Source: a virus
Direction: 5' to 3' (one strand)
UHGV virus genome: UHGV-0387525
Length of the DNA: 41,290 nucleotides
Below are positions 1 through 9,242 of this stretch, in pieces. The position numbers were made by a program, and so were the translations under genes. Below the pieces are notes generated by a model. It ran no database searches. It had not been told where the DNA came from and saw only the letters and a program-made list of their open reading frames with translations. Position 1 is the first letter of the stretch, and each line of letters starts with the position of its first letter.

Positions 1-88
1 CTTCTACTCATGATATCTGGCAACAACCCTCTGTAGACCGCCATCCGGCGGTCTACAGAGGGTTGTTGCCAGATATCATGAGTAGAAG
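1..88. repeat. perfect inverted repeat, 42-bp arms (1-42 and 47-88) around centre ATCC
   Basis: 1-42 is the exact reverse complement of 47-88; 1-53 is also the exact reverse complement of 41225-41277, so the left arm may be an assembly foldback. Confidence 0.6.
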
Positions 89-306
89 AAGTATGCCAGT
101 TCCGCTTTTGAGCGCAGCCATTGTCTTGTTTTACAGGCTTTAAAAAGCCCATTCATCAATACCTTACCTGGCATTTTGCGCTTACCTGTTAAGTGAGTCT
201 GGATATAGTGACTCGTCGTTCCGGCTTCCTGTGCGAAGGCTTCACGCTCATCCGGAGTAAGTGCAAGCCAGTGCTTTTTGAAATCGAAATGTCCGTTATC
301 GCTCAT
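76..306 (-). CDS. small HTH DNA-binding protein, Cro/CII-like by position (first gene of minus-strand early arm)
   Basis: 76 aa; helix-turn-helix-like segment AQEAGTTSHYIQTHLTGKR; divergent from repressor candidate across an operator-bearing intergenic region. Confidence 0.5.
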   Translation of the reverse strand: MSDNGHFDFKKHWLALTPDEREAFAQEAGTTSHYIQTHLTGKRKMPGKVLMNGLFKACKTRQWLRSKAELAYFFYS

Positions 307-373
307 AGCTATTGCCTGATATTTATTTCAGATAATAAATATTCACCCATAAGGTAACAAAAATCAAGGATAG

Positions 374-388
374 TTACCTATGAGGTGC
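374..388. promoter_or_regulatory. variant operator site TTACC-TATGA-GGTGC
   Basis: left half matches the repeated palindrome, right half degenerate; in divergent promoter region 307-460. Confidence 0.35.
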
Positions 389-390
389 AT

Positions 391-405
391 TTACCTGTTG
401 GGTAA
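391..405. promoter_or_regulatory. operator-like palindrome TTACC-N5-GGTAA
   Basis: ttacctgttgggtaa; between divergent genes 76..306 and 461..1045. Confidence 0.6.
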
Positions 406-460
406 TATTGCTTTAAATTGAATCATCTACTGATTCATATATGAGGCGATTTTCCAGAAA

Positions 461-1045
461 ATGAAAAGTATCCAGGACGTCCGCAGGCAAAATCTCAACG
501 ACTTGATCGACCGTGAATTCAATGGTGTTCAGACGCGGATGGCAGAAAAACTTGGAACTCAGGCAAATCTGGTAAACCGCTGGGCTCTTGGCAAGAAGGT
601 TATCGGCGACCAGGTTGCACGAAAAATTGAAGCGGCCGCCAATAAACCCCGTAACTGGCTTGATATTGATCGTTCGCTTTCTCAGGAGGGTTTTCAGCCT
701 GTCGGCCCGAGCGATATAGGTCAGCTGGCGGCTCACAACCTGGAACGCTGGATGAGCGAAAGCCGCGACCTTTCAACACAGGGAAAACTTCACCGCGCAT
801 CCGGCGTCGCCCAGGTGACAATCAGCCGCCTGTTAAACAATGAGGTCAGCGTTTCCATTTCCACCCTGGAGAATGTTGCATCCGCATTCGGGCGTCACGG
901 ATATGAACTACTGATTCACCCGCACGACCCTGCGACTATCAACTATGACCGCTCACGCTACGCATTGTTACCCGAAACCGAGAAAGCAAAGATCGAAAGT
1001 TACATTGAATTTGTCATCAACCAGAACGAAAAAAGCAAACAATAA
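461..1045 (+). CDS. tandem-HTH transcriptional regulator; candidate non-cleavable immunity repressor
   Basis: 194 aa with two XRE-like HTH segments (RMAEKLGTQANLVNRWALGKK and ASGVAQVTISRLLNNEVSVSI); no S24 peptidase-like motif seen; monocistronic, followed by intrinsic terminator; weak RBS. Confidence 0.5.
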   Translation: MKSIQDVRRQNLNDLIDREFNGVQTRMAEKLGTQANLVNRWALGKKVIGDQVARKIEAAANKPRNWLDIDRSLSQEGFQPVGPSDIGQLAAHNLERWMSESRDLSTQGKLHRASGVAQVTISRLLNNEVSVSISTLENVASAFGRHGYELLIHPHDPATINYDRSRYALLPETEKAKIESYIEFVINQNEKSKQ

Positions 1046-1066
1046 AACTATAGTTTTCAGTAAGTA

Positions 1067-1090
1067 AGCCGCCTCATGGCGGCTTTTTTA
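1067..1090 (+). terminator. rho-independent terminator
   Basis: stem agccgcc/ggcggct, loop tcat, then TTTTT. Confidence 0.7.
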
Positions 1091-1102
1091 TTGCCAGATA
1101 GA

Positions 1103-1117
1103 TTACCTTACGGGTAA
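1103..1117. promoter_or_regulatory. operator-like palindrome TTACC-N5-GGTAA
   Basis: ttaccttacgggtaa; preceded by TTGCCA -35-like hexamer at 1091-1096. Confidence 0.6.
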
Positions 1118-1164
1118 TTTTTTTAACTCATATCTATTGACACCAAACCAAATAAGCATAATTA

Positions 1165-1179
1165 TTACCCCAACGGTAA
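1165..1179. promoter_or_regulatory. operator-like palindrome TTACC-N5-GGTAA at a promoter
   Basis: ttaccccaacggtaa; TTGACA at 1137-1142 upstream; site overlaps the predicted -10/+1. Confidence 0.6.
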
Positions 1180-1198
1180 CAGACCGAGGTAACAAGTT

Positions 1199-1351
1199 AT
1201 GCAGTGGAAAATCATCAACGGTTGGTACTGCGTTACTGCATGCGGATTCATGAGCTGGAAGTTCCGCACCTTACAGGAAGGCATTAAGTGGGCTTTCGTC
1301 AGCAAAGAAGCTCGCGATGTAGCCAACGATAACGAGATATGGGAGGGCTGA
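1199..1351 (+). CDS. small hypothetical protein (50 aa), not in the supplied ORF track
   Basis: ATG at 1199 with GAGG 8-9 nt upstream; TGA at 1349-1351 overlaps RBS of next gene. Confidence 0.3.
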   Translation: MQWKIINGWYCVTACGFMSWKFRTLQEGIKWAFVSKEARDVANDNEIWEG

Positions 1352-1353
1352 TA

Positions 1354-1653
1354 ATGAACGTTAATCAGCAGAAAAATCTTCAAAAAATCATGCTGGCATT
1401 CGACAAGGACTACCGCCTGTCAGAACAGCTATATGACCGACAAGTTGAACTGATTGAGAGCATCCGACTTCATCAACTGTCCTCAACTTTCGACGTTGTA
1501 ACAGGCAAAGGCGTTCGTCAGGAAGTGCTGGAGGCTGCTAAAGACAGCCCTGAGTTCGAAGAACTGATGGATGCCTACCGGCGCGAGGCAATGGCAATTA
1601 TAGCGCGCTGGGATCTGGCGGATCAGCTTGATGGGCAGAGGGACGCGGCATGA
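1354..1653 (+). CDS. hypothetical early protein
   Basis: ORF with GGGAGGG RBS 7 nt before ATG 1354; stop overlaps next start (ATGATG). Confidence 0.5.
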   Translation: MNVNQQKNLQKIMLAFDKDYRLSEQLYDRQVELIESIRLHQLSSTFDVVTGKGVRQEVLEAAKDSPEFEELMDAYRREAMAIIARWDLADQLDGQRDAA

Positions 1654-2549
1654 TGCGGAACGCTGGAATCATGGATAGAACAAAATACATCGGAGGAAGC
1701 GATGTTGCAGGGATTCTTGGAATTAGCCCATGGCGCACCCCGCTTGAGGTTTATCTGGATAAGGTCCAGCCACGTGTCAAACCAGTAGACCCAAGCAAGC
1801 AGAAAGTTTTCACGCGTGGCCAGCGTATGGAGCCATACGTAATAGACCTGCTTTCTGAGGAAACAGGGATGGAAATCGTTCATCGCGGAAACCGCTATAT
1901 CCACCGTGATTACGATTTTATTGCAGCTGAGATCGATGCAGAAGCAGCGTCAGGCGAGAACATTGAGATCAAAACAGTTAGTCCGTTCAAAGCCAAAGAA
2001 TGGGGAGAAATCCAGACAGATGCAATTCCTGTGCATTACACGGCCCAGGCCATGCACGGGTTGATGGTTACAAACAAACAGGTATGCGTTTTCGGTGTGC
2101 TTATCGGTGGCGACGACTTCCGAATCTATCGGGTTGAGCGTGATGAAGAAACTATCCAGGCGATCTTAGAAAAAGAAATCGCTTTCTGGGACCGAGTGAA
2201 AAATCTTAACCCGCCGGAAGCTACCAGCGTAAGCGATGTATCGCTGATGTTTGAGAAAGATGCCGGGACAAGTATCGAGGCTGACGGAAAGGCACTCGCA
2301 CTATTCAACGATCTACGAGACATGAAATCACGCAGAAAATCACTGGAAGAAGAAATAGCTATATCAGAAGAGAAGCTGAAGATGTACATGCAAGAGCACT
2401 CAGTCCTGACCCTGGACGGAAAGCCGCTCTGCACATGGAAATCTCAGATCAGCAACATATTCGACCAGAAGCTATTCCAGTCAGTACACCCTGAGTTATT
2501 CGAAAAATTCAAAACAACAACGACACAACGCGTCTTCAGAATGAAGTAA
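1650..2549 (+). CDS. YqaJ-type (lambda-Exo-fold) recombination exonuclease
   Basis: N-terminal GGSDVAGILGISPWRTPLEVY signature typical of YqaJ viral recombinase family; immediately upstream of RecT. Confidence 0.8.
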   Translation: MMRNAGIMDRTKYIGGSDVAGILGISPWRTPLEVYLDKVQPRVKPVDPSKQKVFTRGQRMEPYVIDLLSEETGMEIVHRGNRYIHRDYDFIAAEIDAEAASGENIEIKTVSPFKAKEWGEIQTDAIPVHYTAQAMHGLMVTNKQVCVFGVLIGGDDFRIYRVERDEETIQAILEKEIAFWDRVKNLNPPEATSVSDVSLMFEKDAGTSIEADGKALALFNDLRDMKSRRKSLEEEIAISEEKLKMYMQEHSVLTLDGKPLCTWKSQISNIFDQKLFQSVHPELFEKFKTTTTQRVFRMK

Positions 2550-2558
2550 GGAGAAAAA

Positions 2559-3581
2559 ATGTCTATCAATGCACTTAAGGCAGCGGCTACCGGTAACCAA
2601 GTTGCACATCATAATGAGAAACCAACAACTCTGGCCGGACTTCTGGCAGACCCAAAAATTAAAGCTCAGATGGCTTTGGCACTTCCAAAGCACATGACAG
2701 CAGACCGTCTGGCGCGCATAGCAACCACAGAGATCAGAAAGGTTCCAAAACTTGCATCATGCGACCAAGCCAGCTTCCTGGGGGCAATTATGCAATGTGC
2801 CCAATTGGGTCTTGAACCAGGCGGAGCTCTTGGACACGCTTACCTGATACCGTTCGACAAACGCCAGAAAGTAAATGGAAGATGGGAAACCGTATCTACA
2901 GAAGCACAGCTGATTATCGGCTATCGCGGAATGATTGACCTTGCCCGCCGCTCTGGGCAGATCCTGAGTATCTCGGCTCGTACCGTACATACAAACGACA
3001 AATTCAGCTACTCATACGGCCTGGAAGAAACGCTCGAGCATTTACCTTGCGAAACAGGTGACCGCGGAGAATTAACGCACGTTTACGCCGTTGCACGACT
3101 GAAAGATGGCGGAGTCCAATTTGAAGTTATGAGCCGGGCAGACGTTGAGAAAGTTCGTGCACTGAGCAAAGCCGGTAGCAGTGGCCCATGGGTTGATCAC
3201 TTCGATGAGATGGCTAAAAAAACAGTAATTCGCCGACTGTTCAAATATCTTCCTGTTTCTATTGAAATGCAGAAGGCTGTTGTTATGGATGAGCGCGCTG
3301 AAGCTGGACTTAGCCAAGATAACGCAGCTGTTATCACTGGTGAATATTCCGTAGTTGACGATGAGCGTCAACACCTGTCGCCAATTTCAGATTCAGAACG
3401 AGAAGAAGCTCGAGAATATATCATCGCGATACTTAATAGCCTGGATCCATCTGCTGAAGATGCAAAAACGATGTTCAAGCGCGCTGAAAATGAAATTAAC
3501 ACCATGGCTGAAAAGCTCGGTGATGAATATCACCAAAAATTCATGATGACGCTTAACGATATGCGTCCAGAATTCGAGTAA
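2559..3581 (+). CDS. recT: RecT single-strand annealing recombinase
   Basis: long stretches recalled as near-identical to Rac RecT (ATTEIRKVP, LGLEPG..LGHAYL, LIIGYRGMIDLARRSGQI, HVYAVARLKDGG, RRLFKYLPVSIE). Confidence 0.9.
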   Translation: MSINALKAAATGNQVAHHNEKPTTLAGLLADPKIKAQMALALPKHMTADRLARIATTEIRKVPKLASCDQASFLGAIMQCAQLGLEPGGALGHAYLIPFDKRQKVNGRWETVSTEAQLIIGYRGMIDLARRSGQILSISARTVHTNDKFSYSYGLEETLEHLPCETGDRGELTHVYAVARLKDGGVQFEVMSRADVEKVRALSKAGSSGPWVDHFDEMAKKTVIRRLFKYLPVSIEMQKAVVMDERAEAGLSQDNAAVITGEYSVVDDERQHLSPISDSEREEAREYIIAILNSLDPSAEDAKTMFKRAENEINTMAEKLGDEYHQKFMMTLNDMRPEFE

Positions 3582-3630
3582 CCACCACCGCGGCGCCACG
3601 TGCGCCGCACTGCAACCAAGAGAGGTATTC

Positions 3631-3879
3631 ATGAAAGGTGCATTAGGTAAGAAAGAACTCCTGGCGGTGGTGCCACTGTCATGGAGCACTATCGACCGTA
3701 TGGAGCGCGCAGGGGAATTTCCTAAACGCTGGTATATCACCGATAAACGCTGCGCATGGAACCGTGATGAAGTTGAGCGTTGGCTTGATGAACGTCAGGC
3801 AGCAAGCCCGGCAGAGTTCCAGGGTAAAAAGCCTCCTGTTCAGCAACGTGTATATCGTCCCGTGAGCAACGCTGCATGA
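3631..3879 (+). CDS. AlpA/Xis-like small DNA-binding protein (putative excisionase or regulator)
   Basis: 82 aa; LSWSTIDRMERAGEFPKRWYI and W..DEVERW pattern typical of AlpA family. Confidence 0.6.
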   Translation: MKGALGKKELLAVVPLSWSTIDRMERAGEFPKRWYITDKRCAWNRDEVERWLDERQAASPAEFQGKKPPVQQRVYRPVSNAA

Positions 3880-3988
3880 GTGCGCTGCTAAGGCACTGGA
3901 GCAAATGGTCAGGATGGTACTTATTCCTGGCCTCTGTTTCAGCATGGCTTTATCTGCTGGCATTAATTTTCAGAGAGGGTTGGATTAA

Positions 3989-4288
3989 GTGAGAAAGTTA
4001 AGCCGACTTGAAAAATATCACATGAATAAGGTTTCAATGCGCAGTCCGTCAAAGATTGTCGCCGTTACTCCTGCGGCGATAGAGATCGAAAAACGCGCGA
4101 TTGAAAGAGGGAAAAAAGGGCAATTCCGCATTGCCGCTCACCTTTGGCTTCAGTGTATGGATGTTGCTTCTGGTGATGTTGAACGTGCAAGGATCGCGGT
4201 TCGCAGGGACCAATGTATCACAAAAGGTAACGGCCTTCGCCGTGGCGACTATAGCGGCATAGGATGTTGTGGGGTGGTTTATGACTAA
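3989..4288 (+). CDS. hypothetical protein (GTG start)
   Basis: ORF with AGAGGG RBS 8 nt before GTG 3989; alternative ATG at 4022. Confidence 0.4.
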   Translation: MRKLSRLEKYHMNKVSMRSPSKIVAVTPAAIEIEKRAIERGKKGQFRIAAHLWLQCMDVASGDVERARIAVRRDQCITKGNGLRRGDYSGIGCCGVVYD

Positions 4289-4931
4289 TAAATACACACT
4301 AATCTATGCAGATCCACCCTGGGTATACCGGGACAAAGCCGCAGATGGTAATCGCGGTGCCGGTTTTAAATATCCGGTTATGAGTGTGCTGGATATCTGC
4401 CGCCTTCCTGTGTGGGATTTGGCCGATGAAAACTGTCTGTTGGCCATGTGGTGGGTGCCAACACAACCACTCGAAGCACTAAAAGTTGTTGAAGCCTGGG
4501 GATTCCGTCTGATGACGATGAAGGGCTTCACGTGGATAAAATGTGGTAGTCGACAACCAGATAAACTGGTTATGGGTATGGGACACATGACTCGCGCCAA
4601 TAGTGAAGATTGCCTGTTTGCGGTAAAGGGAAAACTACCTACGCGCATTAATGCAGGGATCGTTCAGTCATTTACCGCACCGCGGCTTGAGCATTCAAGA
4701 AAGCCAGATATCGTTCGTGAAAAACTTGTGCAATTATTAGGCGATGTTTCTCGCATTGAACTGTTCGCCAGCCAGACGTCTCATGGTTTCGATGTTTGGG
4801 GTAATCAGTGCGAAGACCCGGCAGTGCAACTACATCCTGGATACGCGTTGGATATTGGCGGATTAACAAATGCATTCAGCAATGCTCCGCTGTCACCAAC
4901 AGACAACCAGGGGCGGGAGCGTGCAGCATGA
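4281..4931 (+). CDS. MT-A70-family N6-adenine DNA methyltransferase
   Basis: DPPW motif ([10 protein letters not shown]); GGGGTGG RBS before ATG 4281; stop overlaps next start (ATGA). Confidence 0.8.
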   Translation: MTNKYTLIYADPPWVYRDKAADGNRGAGFKYPVMSVLDICRLPVWDLADENCLLAMWWVPTQPLEALKVVEAWGFRLMTMKGFTWIKCGSRQPDKLVMGMGHMTRANSEDCLFAVKGKLPTRINAGIVQSFTAPRLEHSRKPDIVREKLVQLLGDVSRIELFASQTSHGFDVWGNQCEDPAVQLHPGYALDIGGLTNAFSNAPLSPTDNQGRERAA

Positions 4932-5587
4932 ACCTATATCAACGCATCAATGGCGCTGACTGGTGCAATATCTTCGTCGTCGGCGATCTGCATGGGTGCT
5001 ACACACTGCTGATGAACGAACTCGACAAAGTTTCATTCGACCCGGCGCGCGATTTGCTTATTTCCGTTGGTGACCTTGTTGACCGCGGCGCTGAAAACGT
5101 CGAATGCCTGGATTTGATTACTATGCCGTGGTTCCGAGCTGTTCGTGGCAACCATGAGCACATGATGATTGATGGCTTATCAGAGCGTGGAAACGTCAAT
5201 CACTGGCTGCTTAATGGCGGTGGCTGGTTCTTTAATCTCGATTACGACAAAGAAATTCTGGCTAAAGCTCTTGCCCATAAAGCAGATGAACTTCCGTTAA
5301 TCATCGAACTGGTGAGCAAAGATAAAAAATATGTCATCTGCCACGCCGATTATCCTTGTGACGAATACGAGTTTGGAAAGCCAGTTGATCATCAGCAGGT
5401 AATCTGGAACCGCGAACGAATCAGCAACTCACAAGACGGGATCGTGAAAGAAATCAAAGGCGCGGACATGTTCATCTTTGGTCATACGCCAGCAGTGAAA
5501 CCACTCAAGTTTGCCAACCAGATGTATATCGATACCGGCGCAGTGTTCTGCGGAAATCTGACGCTTACCAAAGTCCAGGAAGGATAG
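4928..5587 (+). CDS. Ser/Thr protein phosphatase, lambda-phosphatase/PrpA-like
   Basis: metallophosphatase motifs GDLHG, GDLVDRG, GNHE; in-frame start at ATG 4928. Confidence 0.85.
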   Translation: MNLYQRINGADWCNIFVVGDLHGCYTLLMNELDKVSFDPARDLLISVGDLVDRGAENVECLDLITMPWFRAVRGNHEHMMIDGLSERGNVNHWLLNGGGWFFNLDYDKEILAKALAHKADELPLIIELVSKDKKYVICHADYPCDEYEFGKPVDHQQVIWNRERISNSQDGIVKEIKGADMFIFGHTPAVKPLKFANQMYIDTGAVFCGNLTLTKVQEG

Positions 5588-5589
5588 AA

Positions 5590-6846
5590 TTATTTATTAC
5601 TGTCTTCCATCCACTTCTCAAACTTCGACGGGGAGAACGGAATCAGATCCGTATGCTCCCCGTTAATCCAGGAATCAATCATATCGGCCCACTGCTGCAA
5701 CATGTAGGCGCGCTGTCTGGCGTATTCCGCTTTGTTATATACGGCGCGCACACCTTTCTGCTCGTGTGCCAGAGCCTTTTCAATCCAGTCTGAAGGATAA
5801 CCAGCCTCATGCAACAATGTACTGGCTGTACGGCGCATATCATGTACAGTAAAATCCTGAATATGCTCACCATCTTCATTTATTATTTTCACCGTTCTGT
5901 CGATCAGAGAGTTCAGCGCGGCATTAGATAATGGCTTCCGGAAATTGTAACGACCAGGAACCAGATATTCACTTCCACCAGCGCACATCTGCAACCCGAC
6001 TAATATATCCTGTGCCTGTTTAGGCAGGTAAATAACGTGCGCCCGACTTCCCTTCATGCGGTCTGAAGGAATTGTCCATGTCCATTTTTTAAAATCTATT
6101 TCATCCCACGTTGCATTGGTGAATTCTCCCTTACGAACCATGGTGATAAGCACCAGCTTTAAAGCCATTTTCATAGTGCCCATAGCACCAATGGCATCCA
6201 GCGTGCGGAAGAACAGGCCAATTTCTTCTGGTGTCAGTGTTCGCTCTCGTGGTTTAAATATGGCGATAGACGAAGGTTTAATGTCAGCCGCAGGATTAAA
6301 CAAACCATGACCACGGTCATTGGCGTGACGGTATACGCTGCTGATGATCTCCCTGGCCTGTACTGCTGTTGCCCGACCACCGCGTTCGACAATCCGGTCA
6401 CACAAATCACGAACCATTGATGTGGTAATTTCAGCCATCATTTTGTTGCCAAGAACCGGAAGTATGTCACGGTCGATCACCGCCTGCTTCATTGCGCGGG
6501 TACTGTCAGCCAGGATGACGTGTTTCATATAACTGTCGGTATGTACCGCAAACGTCTCGGCACCACGAATCTTTTTAATACCGTCACGTTTAGCCGCAGC
6601 CGGTGACTGGCCTGCTTTAAGCAGCTTCTTTGCAGCAATCAGTTCTTCTCGCGCTTCTGCCAGGCTGATACCGTCACGCCCATACTGCCCGATTACCAGT
6701 GTTTCGCGGCGACCGTTGATACGGTAGTCATAGCGAAACGAGACCGTGCCTGACGTAAGCACAGCTACATACAGCCCGTCACGATCGGAGACCTTGTACA
6801 GTTTGTCCTGCGGCTTGAGGTTTTTTAATTTTGTATCGGTAAGCAC
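5590..6846 (-). CDS. int: tyrosine-type phage integrase
   Basis: 418 aa; C-terminal catalytic region with HDMRRT and LAH...VRAVY motifs (R-H-R-Y pattern). Confidence 0.9.
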   Translation of the reverse strand: MLTDTKLKNLKPQDKLYKVSDRDGLYVAVLTSGTVSFRYDYRINGRRETLVIGQYGRDGISLAEAREELIAAKKLLKAGQSPAAAKRDGIKKIRGAETFAVHTDSYMKHVILADSTRAMKQAVIDRDILPVLGNKMMAEITTSMVRDLCDRIVERGGRATAVQAREIISSVYRHANDRGHGLFNPAADIKPSSIAIFKPRERTLTPEEIGLFFRTLDAIGAMGTMKMALKLVLITMVRKGEFTNATWDEIDFKKWTWTIPSDRMKGSRAHVIYLPKQAQDILVGLQMCAGGSEYLVPGRYNFRKPLSNAALNSLIDRTVKIINEDGEHIQDFTVHDMRRTASTLLHEAGYPSDWIEKALAHEQKGVRAVYNKAEYARQRAYMLQQWADMIDSWINGEHTDLIPFSPSKFEKWMEDSNK

Positions 6847-6888
6847 AATTCACCCGTATAGAAACCATTTTCATGACGGTATGAGAGT

Positions 6889-6903
6889 ATACCTTTAAGG
6901 TAA
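6889..6903. promoter_or_regulatory. operator-like palindrome ATACC-N5-GGTAA upstream of int
   Basis: atacctttaaggtaa; flanked by inverted copies of ATACCGTCA. Confidence 0.5.
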
Positions 6904-6957
6904 TACCGTCACCTGTACCGACGAAAAATATGGTGTAGAGTGAATAGAAATGAATAC

Positions 6958-6993
6958 ATAAAAACAAAAACCCTCTGTAAAAACAGAGGGTTA
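6958..6993 (-). terminator. rho-independent terminator ending the late/lysis operon
   Basis: 10-bp stem aaccctctgt/acagagggtt, loop aaaaa; on minus strand followed by TTTTTGTTTTT. Confidence 0.7.
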
Positions 6994-7163
6994 AATTAGT
7001 ATCTGAATAGGAATGAGTTGCTATGAGTTAGCTGTTAATCATTCCCACTCAATTATTTACGATAACCATAACCAATTGAGTGATAACATTTTTCCAAATC
7101 TCAATTTTTCCCGTACCGTTTTATATACCGTCACCGGAAATCAGTACCATGAAAAATGCCATG

Positions 7164-7646
7164 CTATCTGGTCAAAGTGTCGTACTGTTTTTCGCAGACT
7201 CTTCCGGCTTCGGCTGCCCGGTCAGCATACTCTGCCAGTTGTCTGTTTCTCTCGAGAGATTTGCTGAGCACGTCGGCAAGCAAAACTCCGGTGTCTGCGG
7301 CTGACGACCCAGCGCCGACAATGGCGTTATACTGCCTGAGCTGCTCACGGATGGCAAAGAGTTGTTGCTGCAACCGGCCAGCGCTAGCGGCAGCATCAAG
7401 AGCATCATTGCGCGCCTGGTCGATCCTCTGCTGAGCTTCACGTTCATTGGTCACTTTCTCCTGTTCGTAGTACTGACGAACTTTGTCTTCTTCGGCTTTG
7501 CGGTCTTCTTCCGCCTGAGCATACCCGGCATCGTACTGGCGACTGCCGTGTATATTCCAGGCAACAACTCCTGATATGACCAGAACAGCAAGCACTGCCA
7601 CGATAATCAACTGTTTCCAGTATGCTTTTACGAATGCCCAGATCAT
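7164..7646 (-). CDS. Rz-like i-spanin
   Basis: N-terminal TM helix, coiled-coil-rich body, C-terminal Cys; resembles lambda Rz; last gene of lysis cassette. Confidence 0.7.
   Translation of the reverse strand: MIWAFVKAYWKQLIIVAVLAVLVISGVVAWNIHGSRQYDAGYAQAEEDRKAEEDKVRQYYEQEKVTNEREAQQRIDQARNDALDAAASAGRLQQQLFAIREQLRQYNAIVGAGSSAADTGVLLADVLSKSLERNRQLAEYADRAAEAGRVCEKQYDTLTR
7172..7408 (-). CDS. Rz1-like o-spanin lipoprotein embedded in Rz (+1 frame)
   Basis: lipobox LALAGC after short hydrophobic leader, Pro-containing mature region; exact start uncertain. Confidence 0.45.
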   Translation of the reverse strand: MMLLMLPLALAGCSNNSLPSVSSSGSITPLSALGRQPQTPEFCLPTCSANLSRETDNWQSMLTGQPKPEESAKNSTTL

Positions 7647-8272
7647 ACCGCCAGCACCTTACTGGCAGTGATGTACCGCGCTCGCCGGTCGTCGATGCCG
7701 TTCCGGCCACCATTGATAATCAGAGTTACACGTGCAATATCGCCGGTATACTTCATGCATCCTTTGCTGGCGAAGAACCACGCCGCGCTACGAGCCGCAT
7801 ATTCGTCCTGCGCCAGCAGTTCAGGGCTCTCCAGCAGGTCAACCTTCAGACCGTTTCCGCAATCACGATAGTTATTCAAACCGGTAATCTGGATAAGTCC
7901 GCGCCCTCGGTAATTCCAGCCATCACCAGGGGCATTGTTCCCCATGCGTTTGCTGTATACCAGATTTGCGATCGCGCGCTGGCGCTCAAGTGGCAATGGT
8001 GGTTCACCAGCACGGCGCCCCAGTGCATTAGCCTGCCCCTGAGTGAGACGCCCAGCCCGAACGAAGTTAGCCAGTCCGCTGACACTGTAGTTGAAATTCT
8101 CCTGCAACCTGGTGAAGCCCCCAGACTCATGCCCGACTTGAGCAATAAACATTGCCTGATCTTCTGCTTTGCTGATACCAAACTCTTTCATCGCAGAAGT
8201 TATATGCGAGAACCAGCGTGCGGCCAGTGCCTCGCTGATACCAGCAGCTCGCTGGAATTGTTTAATCTCCAT
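7643..8272 (-). CDS. endolysin, glycoside hydrolase family 19 (chitinase-like)
   Basis: GHESGGF and [13 protein letters not shown] motifs; start moved to MEIKQ (ATG 8272) with GAGGT RBS. Confidence 0.8.
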   Translation of the reverse strand: MEIKQFQRAAGISEALAARWFSHITSAMKEFGISKAEDQAMFIAQVGHESGGFTRLQENFNYSVSGLANFVRAGRLTQGQANALGRRAGEPPLPLERQRAIANLVYSKRMGNNAPGDGWNYRGRGLIQITGLNNYRDCGNGLKVDLLESPELLAQDEYAARSAAWFFASKGCMKYTGDIARVTLIINGGRNGIDDRRARYITASKVLAV

Positions 8273-8561
8273 GTTTAGACCTCGATACTTTAAAAATTTG
8301 AACGACGTTACCGCGCGTTTTAATAACCGCAGCCAGCATGACAGCGTTGATAATGACCTCAGATAAATCCACAGCCATTGGCGTACGTAACCAGATTGCA
8401 TAGGCGACTCGAACAGGAATACTGGCCGCAGCAACAATCAGGAAATAAGCAAGCCATCCTCCCCACCTTCGATGTTGAGAGCCGTTACGCCGGAATGTGA
8501 CAACGCGAATTGCTATGCCAGTGCAAATAACTGCATTAGTGATAAGCAAAAAAAAACTCAT
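8262..8561 (-). CDS. small membrane protein in lysis cassette (holin/antiholin candidate)
   Basis: 99 aa with 2-3 hydrophobic helices; start overlaps upstream stop (ATGA). Confidence 0.4.
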   Translation of the reverse strand: MSFFLLITNAVICTGIAIRVVTFRRNGSQHRRWGGWLAYFLIVAAASIPVRVAYAIWLRTPMAVDLSEVIINAVMLAAVIKTRGNVVQIFKVSRSKHGD

Positions 8562-8962
8562 GCGTTACCATCGTCTTTTCTCCCCGGAATTAACTCGCGT
8601 GGATTATCGGAACGGTGATAGAGCCATATACCAATACGCACAGCGACAATTGCTGACACGAATGCGCCTGCAGAGAAAACAATCCCTTTTTCAAAAGAGT
8701 CCTGCGTGATGGTAGGGATCAGGCTGGCTATGCCGATAAGAATTGATGCTGCTGGTTTGTAAAAGAGAAGGCCGCAAAGAAAGCTGAGCATCGACAGGAG
8801 CACCCGGCGACGGATGGGGTACTCTACTGCAGAGGTAACAAAAATTACCGCCCCAGCCAAAGCCCCTAAAGCAACCTCCGGAGGGACACCTGCAATAACT
8901 GCAGCAAGAGAACCAAAACTAAGCAACTGATTTAATTGCTCACTTGTTACTTGAGCAGACAT
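8558..8962 (-). CDS. putative holin
   Basis: 134 aa, several TM helices, charged C-terminus; first gene of lysis cassette. Confidence 0.45.
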   Translation of the reverse strand: MSAQVTSEQLNQLLSFGSLAAVIAGVPPEVALGALAGAVIFVTSAVEYPIRRRVLLSMLSFLCGLLFYKPAASILIGIASLIPTITQDSFEKGIVFSAGAFVSAIVAVRIGIWLYHRSDNPRELIPGRKDDGNA

Positions 8963-9242
8963 ACTTTCTCCTGTTTACTATCTATAAGCCAGTCAATTAT
9001 TGATGACTAAACCCGCATAGTAAACCATATATGAATCATTATTGTTCCATATCATATATCTCAATAAAAGTACTAATGATTTTACAGAACGAGCCAGCAG
9101 AGTGGGGGCAGTTGTACAGGAACCATAGACTTAATTTTGTATTTAATAATGCTATGGTGTAATAAACCTGAACATGTATTTAAAATACGTACTGATTCAT
9201 GATAGAATTCAAAGATAACTTTTCACCAACTCCGTTTTTGAT

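Noticed and set aside
1-88. Hairpin telomere (N15-type linear plasmid prophage) reading of the terminal palindrome
   Set aside because: No protelomerase-like gene is present; a standard tyrosine integrase is; 1-53 is an exact reverse complement of the right end, which fits a foldback artefact.
413-821. Minus-strand ORFs 413..736 and 600..821 from the six-frame track
   Set aside because: Antisense to and nested within the HTH regulator gene 461..1045; no RBS and low-complexity translations; treated as spurious.
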